Shown piece after piece: positions 19,298-29,558 of a stretch of 64,000 bases of DNA. Within the stretch, counting starts at the first letter, position 1. Every line of letters starts with the position of its first letter. The stretch lies in contig CAYODQ010000002.1 in NCBI GenBank assembly GCA_964402785.1, positions 5,763 to 69,762 on the forward strand. Reading direction: 5' to 3'. Under the pieces are notes generated by a model. The model worked only from the letters and a program-made list of their open reading frames with translations, did no database searches and was not told the origin of the DNA. The translations under genes and the position numbers were made by a program. Source of the stretch: an uncultured Planctomycetia bacterium. Its GTDB lineage: Bacteria > Omnitrophota > Gorgyraeia > 2-02-FULL-51-18.

Positions 19298-20573
19298 TCT
19301 GGCTGAGCCTCAAGGTCTGCTTTTCGTGAGAACCCACGGACAAAAGAGAAATGGGCACATCGAGCAATTCTGTAAGGCGCTTAAGGTATTTCTTAGCATT
19401 GACGGGAAGCTGCGCGTACTGTTTGACCCCGGACGTATCTTGTCTCCACCCGGCATGTGTTTCATAAACAGGCACGGCCTTTTGCTGCACGGTCAAAGAC
19501 GCAGGAAAATCGCGGTAAAGCTTGCCGCCAAAACGATACCCAACGCAGATCTTGATCTGAGATAGATCATCCAACACATCCAGCTTGGTCACTGCGATCT
19601 CGTTGAGTCCGTTGATCATGCAAGCGTATTTGACCAGCACGGCATCAAACCATCCACAGCGCCGGGGCCGGCCCGTGGTTGCGCCAAATTCTTTTCCTTT
19701 TTTACGGATCTCTTCCATGAGCTTTGTATCAAACTCCGTAGGAAATGGTCCCTCACCCACACGCGTGGTGTATGCTTTCACAACACCCACCACCTTATCG
19801 ATCGCGTTGGGCGGCACACCTGTGCCCACCGAAGCGCCGCCCGCCGTGACATAGCTGGAGGTCACGTACGGATAGGTGCCATGATCCACATCCAAATGTG
19901 TGCCCTGGGCACCTTCGAACATGATCTTCTTCTTGGCTTTGACAGCTTGATTCAAAAGAACGGCTGTGTCTTGCACATACGGCTTCATGAGACGCCCGTA
20001 TTCAAGATACTGATCATAGATTTCTTTGAATGAAAAAGACTTTCGGCCAAATATCTTCTGGAGCACTTCGTTCTTTTCACGCAATGTACGCGTCAACTTC
20101 TCTCGAAAAGCAGGCTCATCGTAAAGATCCGCCACGCGTATCCCGCAGCGCATCACCTTGTCACCATAACTGGGGCCGATCCCGCGCCCGGTCGTACCGA
20201 TCTTGGTAAAACCTTCTTTGTCCTCACGCAGGCGATCATAAGCGCGATGGTACGGGAAAATAAGGTGAGCACGATCACTCACAAATAGCCGGCCCTTCAC
20301 AGAGATCTTTTTAGACTCGAGCTCTTTGATCTCTGAGATCAGGGCTTCGGGATCTACCACGACACCATTGCCGATCACGCATTTAACTTTGGGATGAAAG
20401 ATCCCGGATGGAATAAGGTGCAGGACAAATTCGCCGCATTCTTTGATAACGGTGTGCCCCGCATTGTTGCCGCCTTGGTATCGCACCACCACATCGACAT
20501 CCTTGGAAAGAATATCGATGATCTTTCCTTTGCCTTCATCGCCCCATTGGGCACCCACCACAACAATATTCAT
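19278..20573 (-). CDS. purA: Adenylosuccinate synthetase
   Basis: QWGDEGKGK, GGNNAGHT, EFGATTGRPRRCGW. Confidence 0.98.
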   Translation of the reverse strand: MNIVVVGAQWGDEGKGKIIDILSKDVDVVVRYQGGNNAGHTVIKECGEFVLHLIPSGIFHPKVKCVIGNGVVVDPEALISEIKELESKKISVKGRLFVSDRAHLIFPYHRAYDRLREDKEGFTKIGTTGRGIGPSYGDKVMRCGIRVADLYDEPAFREKLTRTLREKNEVLQKIFGRKSFSFKEIYDQYLEYGRLMKPYVQDTAVLLNQAVKAKKKIMFEGAQGTHLDVDHGTYPYVTSSYVTAGGASVGTGVPPNAIDKVVGVVKAYTTRVGEGPFPTEFDTKLMEEIRKKGKEFGATTGRPRRCGWFDAVLVKYACMINGLNEIAVTKLDVLDDLSQIKICVGYRFGGKLYRDFPASLTVQQKAVPVYETHAGWRQDTSGVKQYAQLPVNAKKYLKRLTELLDVPISLLSVGSHEKQTLRLSQSARRVR

Positions 20574-20591
20574 TTTTATCCTTTAAACATA

Positions 20592-20651
20592 GTAGGGGCG
20601 GGCCTCGTGCCCGCCCACAAAAACGAGGGCACCCGTAAAGGGCGCCCCTAC
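20592..20651. repeat. Intergenic GTAG-type REP doublet between serA and purA
   Basis: GTAGGGGCGGGCCTCGTGCCCGCCC-acaaaaacga-GGGCACCCGTAAAGGGCGCCCCTAC. Confidence 0.85.
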
Positions 20652-20661
20652 GATAAACGCA

Positions 20662-22278
20662 TTACAGTTTAATTAACTTCGCATCCAATATATTCTTTGA
20701 CTGCCGGATCTGCTTCATCAGGTCGTCGGATATAGCGCTATCGATCTTGAGAAGAGTCTTAGCATGCCCCCCGGGAAGATCCCTTCCGAGTGTCATGCCG
20801 GCAATGTTCACGTGATTGGAACCCAAAAGTGTACCGATCTGCCCAACAATGCCTGGTACGTCATTGTTCGAGATTAGAAGCAAATACCCCTCCGGAACCG
20901 CTTCGACATTGTAGTTATCGATCGTAACGATACGAATATCTTCTCGGGAGATCACGGAGCCCGCGATACGCGTCTGTTTTTTATCTGTACGAATATCCAC
21001 TTGTAGCAAATTGGCATAATGTGCCGCCGTCGATGATTTGGACTCGGTCACCTTGACGCCTCGTTCTTTTGCCAAAACTGCCGCGTTCACATAATTCACA
21101 TTTTCGGCTAACATCGGCGTCAGCAGACCCTTCAAGAAAGCGACTGTGATCGGAGTTGTTTCACAGTCCGCTGCTTGGCCGGAATAGTGGATATCAGCCT
21201 GAAGAAGCTGCCCATCGATCAGCTGAGCCGCAAAAAGCCCCAGCTTTTCACTGAGAGAAATATAAGGCCTGATCTGATCCAATACCTCTGGATCCACAAA
21301 AGGAATATTGACCGCATTTTTGGAGCCCTTGCCATTCAAATAGTCGATGATGCTCTGCGCCACATCCACGGCCACCGCGATCTGAGCCTCTTCTGTGGAG
21401 GCGCCCTGATGAGGAGTGGCTACGATCTGCGGCAATTTAAAAAGTTCATGATCCTTTGGAGGGGGCTCAGACTCGAACACATCGAGCGCGGCACCCGCCA
21501 CCTGACCCGACCGGATGGCTTCCGCCAAAGCCTTCTCATCAATCAAACCACCACGCGCGCAATTGACGATACGAACGCCTTTTTTCATTTTCTTGAATTG
21601 TGCTTCTCCCAGCATATTTTTATTTTCAGCTGTTAGCGGCAAGTGCAGTGTAATAAAATCAGATTTTTTCAACACTTCTTCGATGGATACGGCTTCAACG
21701 CCCATTTGAAGTGCCTTCTCCGCCCTCAAGAACGGATCATAAGCGATCACGCGCATCCCAAAAGCCTGTGCACGTTTGGCAACCTCTGAGCCGATGCGGC
21801 CCAACCCCAACACACCCAAAGTTTTTTCATAAAGCTCTACACCGGTGAATTTTTTACGCTCCCATTCCCCACGCTTGACGGAATTAGAAGCTTCGGGGAT
21901 ATTGCGCGCCATGGCCATGAGCAAACAAAATGCCAGCTCTGCAGCGGATATGGTGTTGCCGCCAGGAGTATTTACGACAACAATACCCCTTTTGGAAGCC
22001 GCTTCTACATCGACGTTGTCCAATCCGACACCTGCACGACCCACAACCTTGAGCTGCTTGGCAGCAGCGATCACTTCGGCTGTTATTTGAGTGCCAGAGC
22101 GTACGACACAGGCATCGGCATCGGCAATATTCTTCTTGAGCTCATCTAAAGGCTGCTTGAGTTTGATCACAAGCTCTACGTTCTTCTGATCCCGGAATAC
22201 CTTGAGACCCTCTTCCGAGAGATCGTCGCAAACCAAGATCTTAAAAGTAGATTTTTTTGTCGATACCATAGTCGTCAT
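20662..22278 (-). CDS. serA: D-3-phosphoglycerate dehydrogenase (long form with ASB and ACT domains)
   Basis: GRAGVGLDNVD, GLGRIG, NCARGG, TPHQGAST; start at ATG 22278 (the ORF-track start overlaps the upstream gene). Confidence 0.95.
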   Translation of the reverse strand: MTTMVSTKKSTFKILVCDDLSEEGLKVFRDQKNVELVIKLKQPLDELKKNIADADACVVRSGTQITAEVIAAAKQLKVVGRAGVGLDNVDVEAASKRGIVVVNTPGGNTISAAELAFCLLMAMARNIPEASNSVKRGEWERKKFTGVELYEKTLGVLGLGRIGSEVAKRAQAFGMRVIAYDPFLRAEKALQMGVEAVSIEEVLKKSDFITLHLPLTAENKNMLGEAQFKKMKKGVRIVNCARGGLIDEKALAEAIRSGQVAGAALDVFESEPPPKDHELFKLPQIVATPHQGASTEEAQIAVAVDVAQSIIDYLNGKGSKNAVNIPFVDPEVLDQIRPYISLSEKLGLFAAQLIDGQLLQADIHYSGQAADCETTPITVAFLKGLLTPMLAENVNYVNAAVLAKERGVKVTESKSSTAAHYANLLQVDIRTDKKQTRIAGSVISREDIRIVTIDNYNVEAVPEGYLLLISNNDVPGIVGQIGTLLGSNHVNIAGMTLGRDLPGGHAKTLLKIDSAISDDLMKQIRQSKNILDAKLIKL

Positions 22279-22298
22279 GTCTTCACCATTCCTGATTT

Positions 22299-23414
22299 TC
22301 AGACGCTGGATGCAGCCAGTGCTTGGATTTTGTAGCCCTTCTTGGTCATAGCGTCTGCAAACGCATTCCACCCACGCTGAGCATCTTGACGTGTGCAAGC
22401 AAAACCCATGTGTGCAAAACGCACCAGCTTGCCCTGCAACTCACCTTGTCCATCCGCCATCACAACATAATGTTCATCGCGCATGATCTTGATCACGTCG
22501 CCCGATGCCACACCCTCCGGCATCACGATCGCAGTGAGGCCGCTGGATGGGGCCTTGGCAAACAGCTTGAGGCCTGAAGCTTCGACCTGTTTGCGAACCC
22601 AAGCCGCCACATCCGCATGACGCTTCCAAACATTTTCCATGCCTTCATCCAGAAGCATTTGCATTGCCACTTCCATGCCTCGGATCAAACTCACGGCTGG
22701 CGTATAAGGCGTATCATTTTTCTTAAGCGTCTTGAGCGCATCGGCAAACGTAAAATAGTACTTGGGTAGATCGGACTTGGAAATAGCTGCCTGTGCACGC
22801 TCGCCTAGAGCAACATACGCCAGACCCGGAGGCAACATCAACCCCTTTTGGCTCCCGCACACGACCACATCCACTCCCCACTCATCCATCCGAAGCGGAT
22901 CACAAGCTAGACCGCTGATGGCATCCACAAACAACATGGTGCCTGATTTACGCGTAAGCTCCGCGATTTGTTGTACGGGATGCATCACAGCCGTGGAGGT
23001 TTCGCACAAAGCGATCAAAACAGCTTTGGCATTGGGGTGCTTCTTTAATGTCTCCTCGACTTTATGAATATCAAACGTCTCGCCATATGGCAGTGAGATC
23101 TCAACCAAATTCATGCCATAAATTTTTGCGATATCACGATAGCGCTCGCCCCATTTACCGGCATTGAGCGAGATCACCGTATCCCCCTTGGAAAGAAGGT
23201 TGGTGATGGTTCCCTCCATCGCTCCCGTACCAGAGGCAGCAAAATAAAGAACAGGGTGCTTTGTCGCAAACACCTTAGGCAACATGCCATTCACCCGCTC
23301 CAAAACAGCCTGAAACTCTTTGGTGCGATGGTGGATGATAGGGATCGCGGTCGCGTCTAAAATCTTCTTGGGCACATTGGTGGGCCCCGGAGTTAATAAC
23401 AAATAATCTTTCAT
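22299..23414 (-). CDS. Class V aminotransferase (alanine--glyoxylate / serine--pyruvate family); probably the phosphoserine aminotransferase partner of serA
   Basis: LLTPGPT, SGTGAME, VDAISG, GSQKGLMLPPGL. Confidence 0.9.
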   Translation of the reverse strand: MKDYLLLTPGPTNVPKKILDATAIPIIHHRTKEFQAVLERVNGMLPKVFATKHPVLYFAASGTGAMEGTITNLLSKGDTVISLNAGKWGERYRDIAKIYGMNLVEISLPYGETFDIHKVEETLKKHPNAKAVLIALCETSTAVMHPVQQIAELTRKSGTMLFVDAISGLACDPLRMDEWGVDVVVCGSQKGLMLPPGLAYVALGERAQAAISKSDLPKYYFTFADALKTLKKNDTPYTPAVSLIRGMEVAMQMLLDEGMENVWKRHADVAAWVRKQVEASGLKLFAKAPSSGLTAIVMPEGVASGDVIKIMRDEHYVVMADGQGELQGKLVRFAHMGFACTRQDAQRGWNAFADAMTKKGYKIQALAASSV

Positions 23415-23423
23415 ATACCTATC

Positions 23424-24023
23424 CTATTTTTTAATGGTTGGTATCTTGGAAACGACATCGTCCACGATGCCATAAGCTTTGGACTCTTCGGCCGACATAA
23501 AATAATCCCGGTCCGTGTCCTTTTCGATACGCGAAACATCCTGACCCGTGTGTTTGGCCAAGATCTTGTTCAGCTTCTCTTTCATGCCCTGTATCTCGCG
23601 CGCTTGGATCTGAATATCCGACGCCACGCCCTGCGCCCCGCCCCAAGGTTGATGGATCATGACACGAGAATTCGGAAGTGAAAATCGCTTGCCCTTGGCA
23701 CCAGCCGCCAAGATCACAGCGCCCATGCTAGCCGCCTGGCCAATACAGTACGTGGCAACATCGCATTTTAAAAATTGGATCGTGTCATAAATTCCGAGGC
23801 CCGCCGTCACCGAACCTCCGGGTGAATTGATATAGAGATGGATGTCTTTTTCAGGATCCTCCATCTGAAGAAAAAGTAGCTGTGCCACGATCAAATTGGC
23901 CACATTGTCGTCAACCGGAGTTCCCAAAAAAAGAACGCGGTCTTTTAAAAGACGAGAATAGATATCGTAAGCTCTTTCGGAGCGGCCGGTCTGTTCGATC
24001 ACCATTGGAACGAGTATGCTCAT
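23424..24023 (-). CDS. clpP: ATP-dependent Clp protease proteolytic subunit
   Basis: [30 protein letters not shown]. Confidence 0.98.
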   Translation of the reverse strand: MSILVPMVIEQTGRSERAYDIYSRLLKDRVLFLGTPVDDNVANLIVAQLLFLQMEDPEKDIHLYINSPGGSVTAGLGIYDTIQFLKCDVATYCIGQAASMGAVILAAGAKGKRFSLPNSRVMIHQPWGGAQGVASDIQIQAREIQGMKEKLNKILAKHTGQDVSRIEKDTDRDYFMSAEESKAYGIVDDVVSKIPTIKK

Positions 24024-24038
24024 GGATAAAGCTCCTTG

Positions 24039-25262
24039 TTATTTTTCTTCGTCAAATTTAGCGTTGGCGATCAAAAAATCGATCGTTTGTTTTTCCTGAA
24101 TACTTTCACGTAGATCATCTTCAAAAACGCGTCTCACTTCATCGATCGGACGCTGTGACTGCTCGGCGATGGCTTTGAGGCGCGCTTCCAAGGCCAGCTC
24201 ATCCAACTCGATCTTCTCTTCATCCGCGATCGTCTGCAGGATGAAATAGAGCTTCACCTGCTCTTTTGCTTTTTTGTCATAGTCTGCGTCATGCGCTTTC
24301 ATTTCAGAGACCCACTCAGTCTCTGGGTAGCCCGCTTGCAAGAAACGCCGCCGAGCCTGCTCAAACAATCGTTCTTTCTGCTTTTCTACAAGGCTCTCCG
24401 GTAAAGGAAATTGAGACATACCCAAAAGCTTTTCAAATAACTCCTGCTTCATTTTTTCAACGGATGCGCTGTGTTTTTGGGCTGCGATATCTTTACGAAC
24501 AGCCGCCTTGAGATCATCTACGCTTTCCATGCCGTACAGCTTGGCAAATTCGATATCAAGCGCCGGAGACTTGCGCTCATGTATCTCGCGCAACGTCACG
24601 CGCGTAAAAGGCTTACCATCCCGTGAGATCTCTTTGATCTCCCCCAAAGATGCGCCCACAACCTTGGCGTGGAAATCATCCTCGTCGCTTGGTTTTACAG
24701 ACAAAAGAACTCCGGTGCGCCCCTGAATATATTCATCGCCCTGTTTCAGCTCAATATCCACCAAAACAAAATCACCATCTGCGATCACACGCTTTTCGGT
24801 GATCGGTGTAAATGTGGCACGCTGATCCAAAAGTGACTGCATCCCATTTTCCATATCCTGATCGGTGACATCCGCTGACTCGCGCTTAAGCTTGATACCT
24901 TTATAGTTCTTGATCGAAACCTTGGGAGACTCTTCAAATTCGGCACTAAAAGAGAGGTTTTTGCCCCTCTCGTACTGAATATCCGAGATCTTCGGCAAAG
25001 ATACGGGCTCTACTTTTTGAGTTTGTACGGATTTGTAATAAACTTCAGGGATGTAGGCCTTTAGCAGCTCTTCGCGGGCTTCAGCATTGTAACGCTTTTC
25101 AACCATATCGATAGGCGCCTTACCCTCGCGAAAACCCGGTAGGCGTGCTTGTTTCTGAAAATCCCTCAGCACTTCTTGAAAACGACTCTCCACATCACGG
25201 GCTTCTACTTCTACCTTCATATGGATCGTACAATCCTTGACCTTCTTCAAATTAACTTTCAC
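24039..25262 (-). CDS. tig: Trigger factor (short, divergent FKBP domain)
   Basis: PGFREGKAP ribosome-binding motif; lies upstream of clpP. Confidence 0.92.
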   Translation of the reverse strand: MKVNLKKVKDCTIHMKVEVEARDVESRFQEVLRDFQKQARLPGFREGKAPIDMVEKRYNAEAREELLKAYIPEVYYKSVQTQKVEPVSLPKISDIQYERGKNLSFSAEFEESPKVSIKNYKGIKLKRESADVTDQDMENGMQSLLDQRATFTPITEKRVIADGDFVLVDIELKQGDEYIQGRTGVLLSVKPSDEDDFHAKVVGASLGEIKEISRDGKPFTRVTLREIHERKSPALDIEFAKLYGMESVDDLKAAVRKDIAAQKHSASVEKMKQELFEKLLGMSQFPLPESLVEKQKERLFEQARRRFLQAGYPETEWVSEMKAHDADYDKKAKEQVKLYFILQTIADEEKIELDELALEARLKAIAEQSQRPIDEVRRVFEDDLRESIQEKQTIDFLIANAKFDEEK

Positions 25263-25323
25263 GTGCGTAACCTTTCTTAAAATCGCCGATCTATCAGATC
25301 ATCCAAGGACGATACAAGATCAA

Positions 25324-25668
25324 CTAATCTGTGTCTGACTCTTTGGGCTCTTTGGTAGTTTTAACTGCGTAACGACGAGCCTTGTGATCTTTAACGCGGT
25401 CATGTTTGCGTCCCAGCTGAAGCTGCACCACGCCAAAGCACTTGTCAAAAGCAGCGTACATATCTTCGCTTTGCTCGGTCGCCGAAAAACGCATATTCTT
25501 GCCAAGCAATGAAATCTCGGCCATATGCCGGATCTTTTGCACTTCCAAAACAACGTGCACCGACTCGATTTTAAGCGAGTATTTATCGAGCTTAAGGATC
25601 TTCTCTGTGATGTATTCCTTCAAGGGTTCTGTCACTTTAAAATGACGTCCGCTGATATCAATTTTCAT
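25324..25668 (-). CDS. hpf: Ribosome hibernation factor (short HPF/RaiA)
   Basis: MKIDISGRHFKVTEPLKEYI.EK and DMYAAFD; ATG at 25668. Confidence 0.92.
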   Translation of the reverse strand: MKIDISGRHFKVTEPLKEYITEKILKLDKYSLKIESVHVVLEVQKIRHMAEISLLGKNMRFSATEQSEDMYAAFDKCFGVVQLQLGRKHDRVKDHKARRYAVKTTKEPKESDTD

Positions 25669-25713
25669 GTCGTTTTTCCCTTTCAAAAGACCACCATGAT
25701 ACCACAAGCCAAC

Positions 25714-26436
25714 TTACATTGAAAACTTCTCACCCAGGTATATTTTACGCGCTTCTTTGTTGCTCAGAAGCTCATTTTTGGTACCTGAGATGAGGATCTT
25801 GCCCTCGTACATGATATAAGCGCGATCGGTGATCGAAAGCGTCTCGCGCACATTGTGATCGGTCAAGAGAATGCCCAGACCTTTATTCTTGAGCTCCTTG
25901 ATCAAGTGCTGACAGTCCGATACGGCGATCGGGTCTATTCCAGAAAAAGGTTCATCCAGTAAAATGCAAAGCGGATGCGTCACCAAAGCCCTCGTGATCT
26001 CAAGACGACGTCTCTCACCGCCTGATAACGTGTAGGCTTTAGACTTTCTGAGATGCGCAATACCCAGCTCATTCAAAAGCTCCTCCAAACGCCTCTTGCG
26101 TTCCGGTCTTGGCAGATCCAGTGTCTCCAAAACAGCCATAATATTCTCTTCAACCGTCAGCTTACGGAAAATGGATGGCTCTTGGGAGAGGTACCCAATC
26201 CCCAGCTGAGCACGCTTATGCATCGCGTATGCACTGACATCGCGATGATCAAATAAGATCTGTCCGCTGTCAGGCTTGATAACGCCTGTGACCATATAAA
26301 ACGTGGTGGTCTTACCGGCGCCATTCGGCCCCAAAAGCCCTACGATCTCGCCAGGGTTGATCGAGATATCAACGCCATTCACGACCGCGCGGCCACCGTA
26401 CGACTTTCGTAATTGCCTAGTTTCTAAGAGCGCCAT
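25714..26436 (-). CDS. lptB: LPS export ABC transporter ATPase
   Basis: [40 protein letters not shown]. Confidence 0.97.
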   Translation of the reverse strand: MALLETRQLRKSYGGRAVVNGVDISINPGEIVGLLGPNGAGKTTTFYMVTGVIKPDSGQILFDHRDVSAYAMHKRAQLGIGYLSQEPSIFRKLTVEENIMAVLETLDLPRPERKRRLEELLNELGIAHLRKSKAYTLSGGERRRLEITRALVTHPLCILLDEPFSGIDPIAVSDCQHLIKELKNKGLGILLTDHNVRETLSITDRAYIMYEGKILISGTKNELLSNKEARKIYLGEKFSM

Positions 26437-27196
26437 CGATGAGCCCCCTTCCGCCTTGATTCAACGTTATCTCCGGGTTACCTTCCAATCGAATGGAGCC
26501 CGTGTCCACGGAATAGATCGCCCGCTTTGAATGTGTCGTATCCTGATCACGCTCAATGATCACGTTTCCGGTCGCGATGATCTCCTTGATCTTTTTCTCG
26601 GTCGGCTCAAAATGCACGTCCATGCGATTGGCGGTCAAAGTGCCTTTGTCGTCCCGCACCCGAACGCGCCGATAGAACGTCATGATGTTCTGATTGTAAA
26701 ATATTTTAAGCGGTCCCGCACAGGTCAAGCGCGTATTCGGCAAAATGATCATTTCAATATCTCGGTTCAGCTGAAGAAATCCCTCATTGGGCCTGCCATA
26801 GGCACCATGGCCGGTGACTTTGGCATTTTGATGATCGACGTAAACGATAGAGTCGGTTTCAAGTGTACCGCCATCCTGCGACCATTGCACCCGATCCGTC
26901 CGCACGATCGTGTTGTCTCTGAGCTTAAGGGTCACATTTTGATCCAAATAAACCGTTTGGCCGGGATCGACTTTAGCGGTATCCCCCTGCAGATTCCAAG
27001 CAGATTTGCCGCGCTCATCAAAACCCGTTAAGTTGAATTTCTGAAATTGCTGATCCTGGCTGGATTGAACCATCTCTGTCCGGGCGCGCTCTTTTCGCTT
27101 GGCGATCTTCTGAGCTTTATTTTCTGTATAAAAATAAAACAAAGCTGCGAAAATAGTGATCGGCAAAAGAAGAAGCGGAAAATTCTTAAATCTCAT
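26417..27196 (-). CDS. LptC-LptA-like fusion (N-terminal TM helix plus two beta-jellyroll segments)
   Basis: TM helix, LptC-like FNLTGF...WNLQGDTA, then OstA/LptA-like [10 protein letters not shown]...IIATGNVII...AIYS..TG.I.LEGNP; lies between kdsC and lptB. Confidence 0.75.
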   Translation of the reverse strand: MRFKNFPLLLLPITIFAALFYFYTENKAQKIAKRKERARTEMVQSSQDQQFQKFNLTGFDERGKSAWNLQGDTAKVDPGQTVYLDQNVTLKLRDNTIVRTDRVQWSQDGGTLETDSIVYVDHQNAKVTGHGAYGRPNEGFLQLNRDIEMIILPNTRLTCAGPLKIFYNQNIMTFYRRVRVRDDKGTLTANRMDVHFEPTEKKIKEIIATGNVIIERDQDTTHSKRAIYSVDTGSIRLEGNPEITLNQGGRGLIDGALRN

Positions 27197-27726
27197 CAGC
27201 GAAAATACCTCTCCGTGACCTGCGCCCACTTGCCCTGACTCTTTAAGATCAAATCGATAGCCTCCCGGACGGCTCCGTGCCCACCAGCCCGCTCCGTTAC
27301 GATATGCGCGATACTTTTGATATCCGAAACTGCGTTTCTAACCGCTATAGCAAGGCCGGCTCGTTTCATGGGCGGCAAGTCGATGAGATCATCGCCGATA
27401 TAACACACTTCCTCCGGCCGCAGTTTATATTTTTTAAGAAGCTTCTCGAACACCTTCAGCTTGTCAAAAGCATTCTGAAAGATCTCATCGAATTGCAGCT
27501 CTTTGGATCGGCGTTTGTTGATACGCGATTTTTTCCCGCTCACCATTGCGATCTTGATACCGGCGCGCTTAAGCAAGGTCAGCCCAAAACCATCCTGCAC
27601 GTCAAAAAATTTGAGCTCATCTCCATAGTCACCATAAACGATACGCCCATCCGTCAGAACAGCGTCATTGTCCACGATCACAAGCTTGATATTGGCAATA
27701 CGATCGTTGAGAGCTTGGTCACTCAT
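27196..27726 (-). CDS. kdsC: KDO 8-phosphate phosphatase (HAD)
   Basis: VDNDAVLTDG, F.VQDG, GDDLID, GG.GAVRE. Confidence 0.93.
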   Translation of the reverse strand: MSDQALNDRIANIKLVIVDNDAVLTDGRIVYGDYGDELKFFDVQDGFGLTLLKRAGIKIAMVSGKKSRINKRRSKELQFDEIFQNAFDKLKVFEKLLKKYKLRPEEVCYIGDDLIDLPPMKRAGLAIAVRNAVSDIKSIAHIVTERAGGHGAVREAIDLILKSQGKWAQVTERYFR

Positions 27727-27730
27727 CTTT

Positions 27731-28690
27731 TTATACGATCCCGGCTCTTAAAATATCCTGTACGTCCAGAAGTCCGATCGGCCGCCTTTTTTTATCCACC
27801 ACAGGAACCTCATCGATCTTTTTGCTGCGCAGAAGATCCAGCGCTTCGGCAGCCAAATGGTCACCCGCAATAGCGATCGGATCGGCGGTCATCACACGCT
27901 TGACCGGCTCATCCAGAATACGCTGACCTTCTTTGAGGCGACGCCTTAGATCACCATCCGTGAAGATGCCGACCAATTTACCCTTGCTATCTATCACCGT
28001 AGCCGAGCCGGCACGGGCATCTGTGATCTTGTACAGAACATGCTTCAACTTCATATCGTCTCGAACGATCGGATTGGCTTTGCCTGTGCGCATGATGTCA
28101 GAAACCTTGAGAAGAAGTTTTTTTCCTAAACTCCCTCCGGGATGATAAAACGCAAAATCTTCTGCACGAAAACCTTTTTTCTTAAGAAGTGAGACGGCTA
28201 GCGCATCCCCCAAAACAAGCATCGCGGTCGTAGAGGCTGTCGGCGCCAAATTGTGCGGACACGCCTCTTTTTTGACGCTGACATCCAGCACAGCGTCGCT
28301 ATATTTAGCCAAAAGAGATTTGGTGTTGCCGGTAAAAGCGATCAGCTTGCATCCAATTTTTTTTATGAGAGGAAGCATCTTGATGATCTCTTCGGTTTGA
28401 CCGCTGTTAGAGATTGCAACGACCACATCATCTTTTGTGACGCGGCCCAGATCGCCATGCAGAGCTTCGGCGGGATGCATAAAAAGAGAGGGCGTGCCTG
28501 TTGAAGAAAGTGTAGCGGATATTTTTTGGGCGATGAAACCAGGCTTTCCGATGCCTGTCATCACTACGCGGCCTCTGGACTTTAAAATAATTTCACAGGC
28601 ATTTTCAAAATCACGGCCAACGCGAGACAAAAGAGCCGTGATGGCGTCACGCTCGATCCTGATCACTTGTTTGGCTGTTTCAGCGATCAT
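27731..28690 (-). CDS. kdsD: Arabinose-5-phosphate isomerase (KpsF/GutQ; SIS plus CBS domains)
   Basis: HPAEALHGDLG, APTASTT, FYHPGGSLG, TDGDLRR. Confidence 0.95.
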   Translation of the reverse strand: MIAETAKQVIRIERDAITALLSRVGRDFENACEIILKSRGRVVMTGIGKPGFIAQKISATLSSTGTPSLFMHPAEALHGDLGRVTKDDVVVAISNSGQTEEIIKMLPLIKKIGCKLIAFTGNTKSLLAKYSDAVLDVSVKKEACPHNLAPTASTTAMLVLGDALAVSLLKKKGFRAEDFAFYHPGGSLGKKLLLKVSDIMRTGKANPIVRDDMKLKHVLYKITDARAGSATVIDSKGKLVGIFTDGDLRRRLKEGQRILDEPVKRVMTADPIAIAGDHLAAEALDLLRSKKIDEVPVVDKKRRPIGLLDVQDILRAGIV

Positions 28691-29558
28691 GTCGGACGAT
28701 CTCGCTCAGTTTAAGCAGCCTCGTCAGGAGCTTTTCGAGCTCGGAAAGCTTGACCATATTAGGCCCGTCGCTTGGCGCATGATCTGGATCTTCGTGAACC
28801 TCCATAAAAACACCGTCCACACCGGCCACCACTCCCGCTTGGGCCAATGTCGGCACAAAGCGCCTATCTCCACCTGAGCTGGTGCCGCGACCGCCCGGCT
28901 GCTGAACCGAATGCGTGGCATCAAAAATAACCGGATAGCCGTATTCACGCATGATCGGGATCGACCTAAAATCATTCACCAAAGTGTTGTAACCAAAAAA
29001 TGTGCCTCGCTCCGTAAGCATCACCCTAGAATTTCCGGTCGACGCCACCTTATCGGCGACATTTCCCATCTCCCAGGGCGCTAAAAATTGGCCCTTTTTG
29101 ACATTGACCACTTTTCCTGTGTGGCCGGCGGCTAAAAGAAGATCTGTTTGGCGGCATAAAAATGCAGGGATCTGAAGCACGTCGGCAACTTTTGCTGCAG
29201 CCCGCGCTTCCTCGGGACTATGGACGTCAGTAAGAATCGGCAGCCCTGTCTCTTTTTTGACCGTAGCCAAAATAGACATGCCATCTTGTAAGCCTAGGCC
29301 CCTAAACGAAGACATGGAGCTGCGATTGGCTTTATCGTAACTGGATTTATAGATCAAGGGCATCTTGAGGCGTTTTGTGATCTTCTGGATGGCTTTGGCA
29401 TGGCGGATGGCACTTTTTTCATTTTCGACCACACACGGACCGGCAATCAAAACCAAAGGATGTTGTCCGCCAATCAAAATATTGGCCAATTTGACGATTT
29501 TTTGTTCGGAGTTTGGAGTTCGGAGTTCGGAGGTTTTATTTTTTTTAATACTTTTCAT
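28680..29558 (-). CDS. kdsA: KDO 8-phosphate synthase with a repeat-derived N-terminal extension
   Basis: IAGPCVVE, KSSYDKANRSS, QIPAFLCRQT, FDATHSVQ.PG, SDGPN. Confidence 0.97.
   Translation of the reverse strand: MKSIKKNKTSELRTPNSEQKIVKLANILIGGQHPLVLIAGPCVVENEKSAIRHAKAIQKITKRLKMPLIYKSSYDKANRSSMSSFRGLGLQDGMSILATVKKETGLPILTDVHSPEEARAAAKVADVLQIPAFLCRQTDLLLAAGHTGKVVNVKKGQFLAPWEMGNVADKVASTGNSRVMLTERGTFFGYNTLVNDFRSIPIMREYGYPVIFDATHSVQQPGGRGTSSGGDRRFVPTLAQAGVVAGVDGVFMEVHEDPDHAPSDGPNMVKLSELEKLLTRLLKLSEIVRHDR

Noticed and set aside
25263-25323. tRNA upstream of tig, as is common in other bacteria
   Set aside because: The gap is only about 60 bp, with no cloverleaf or T-loop motif.
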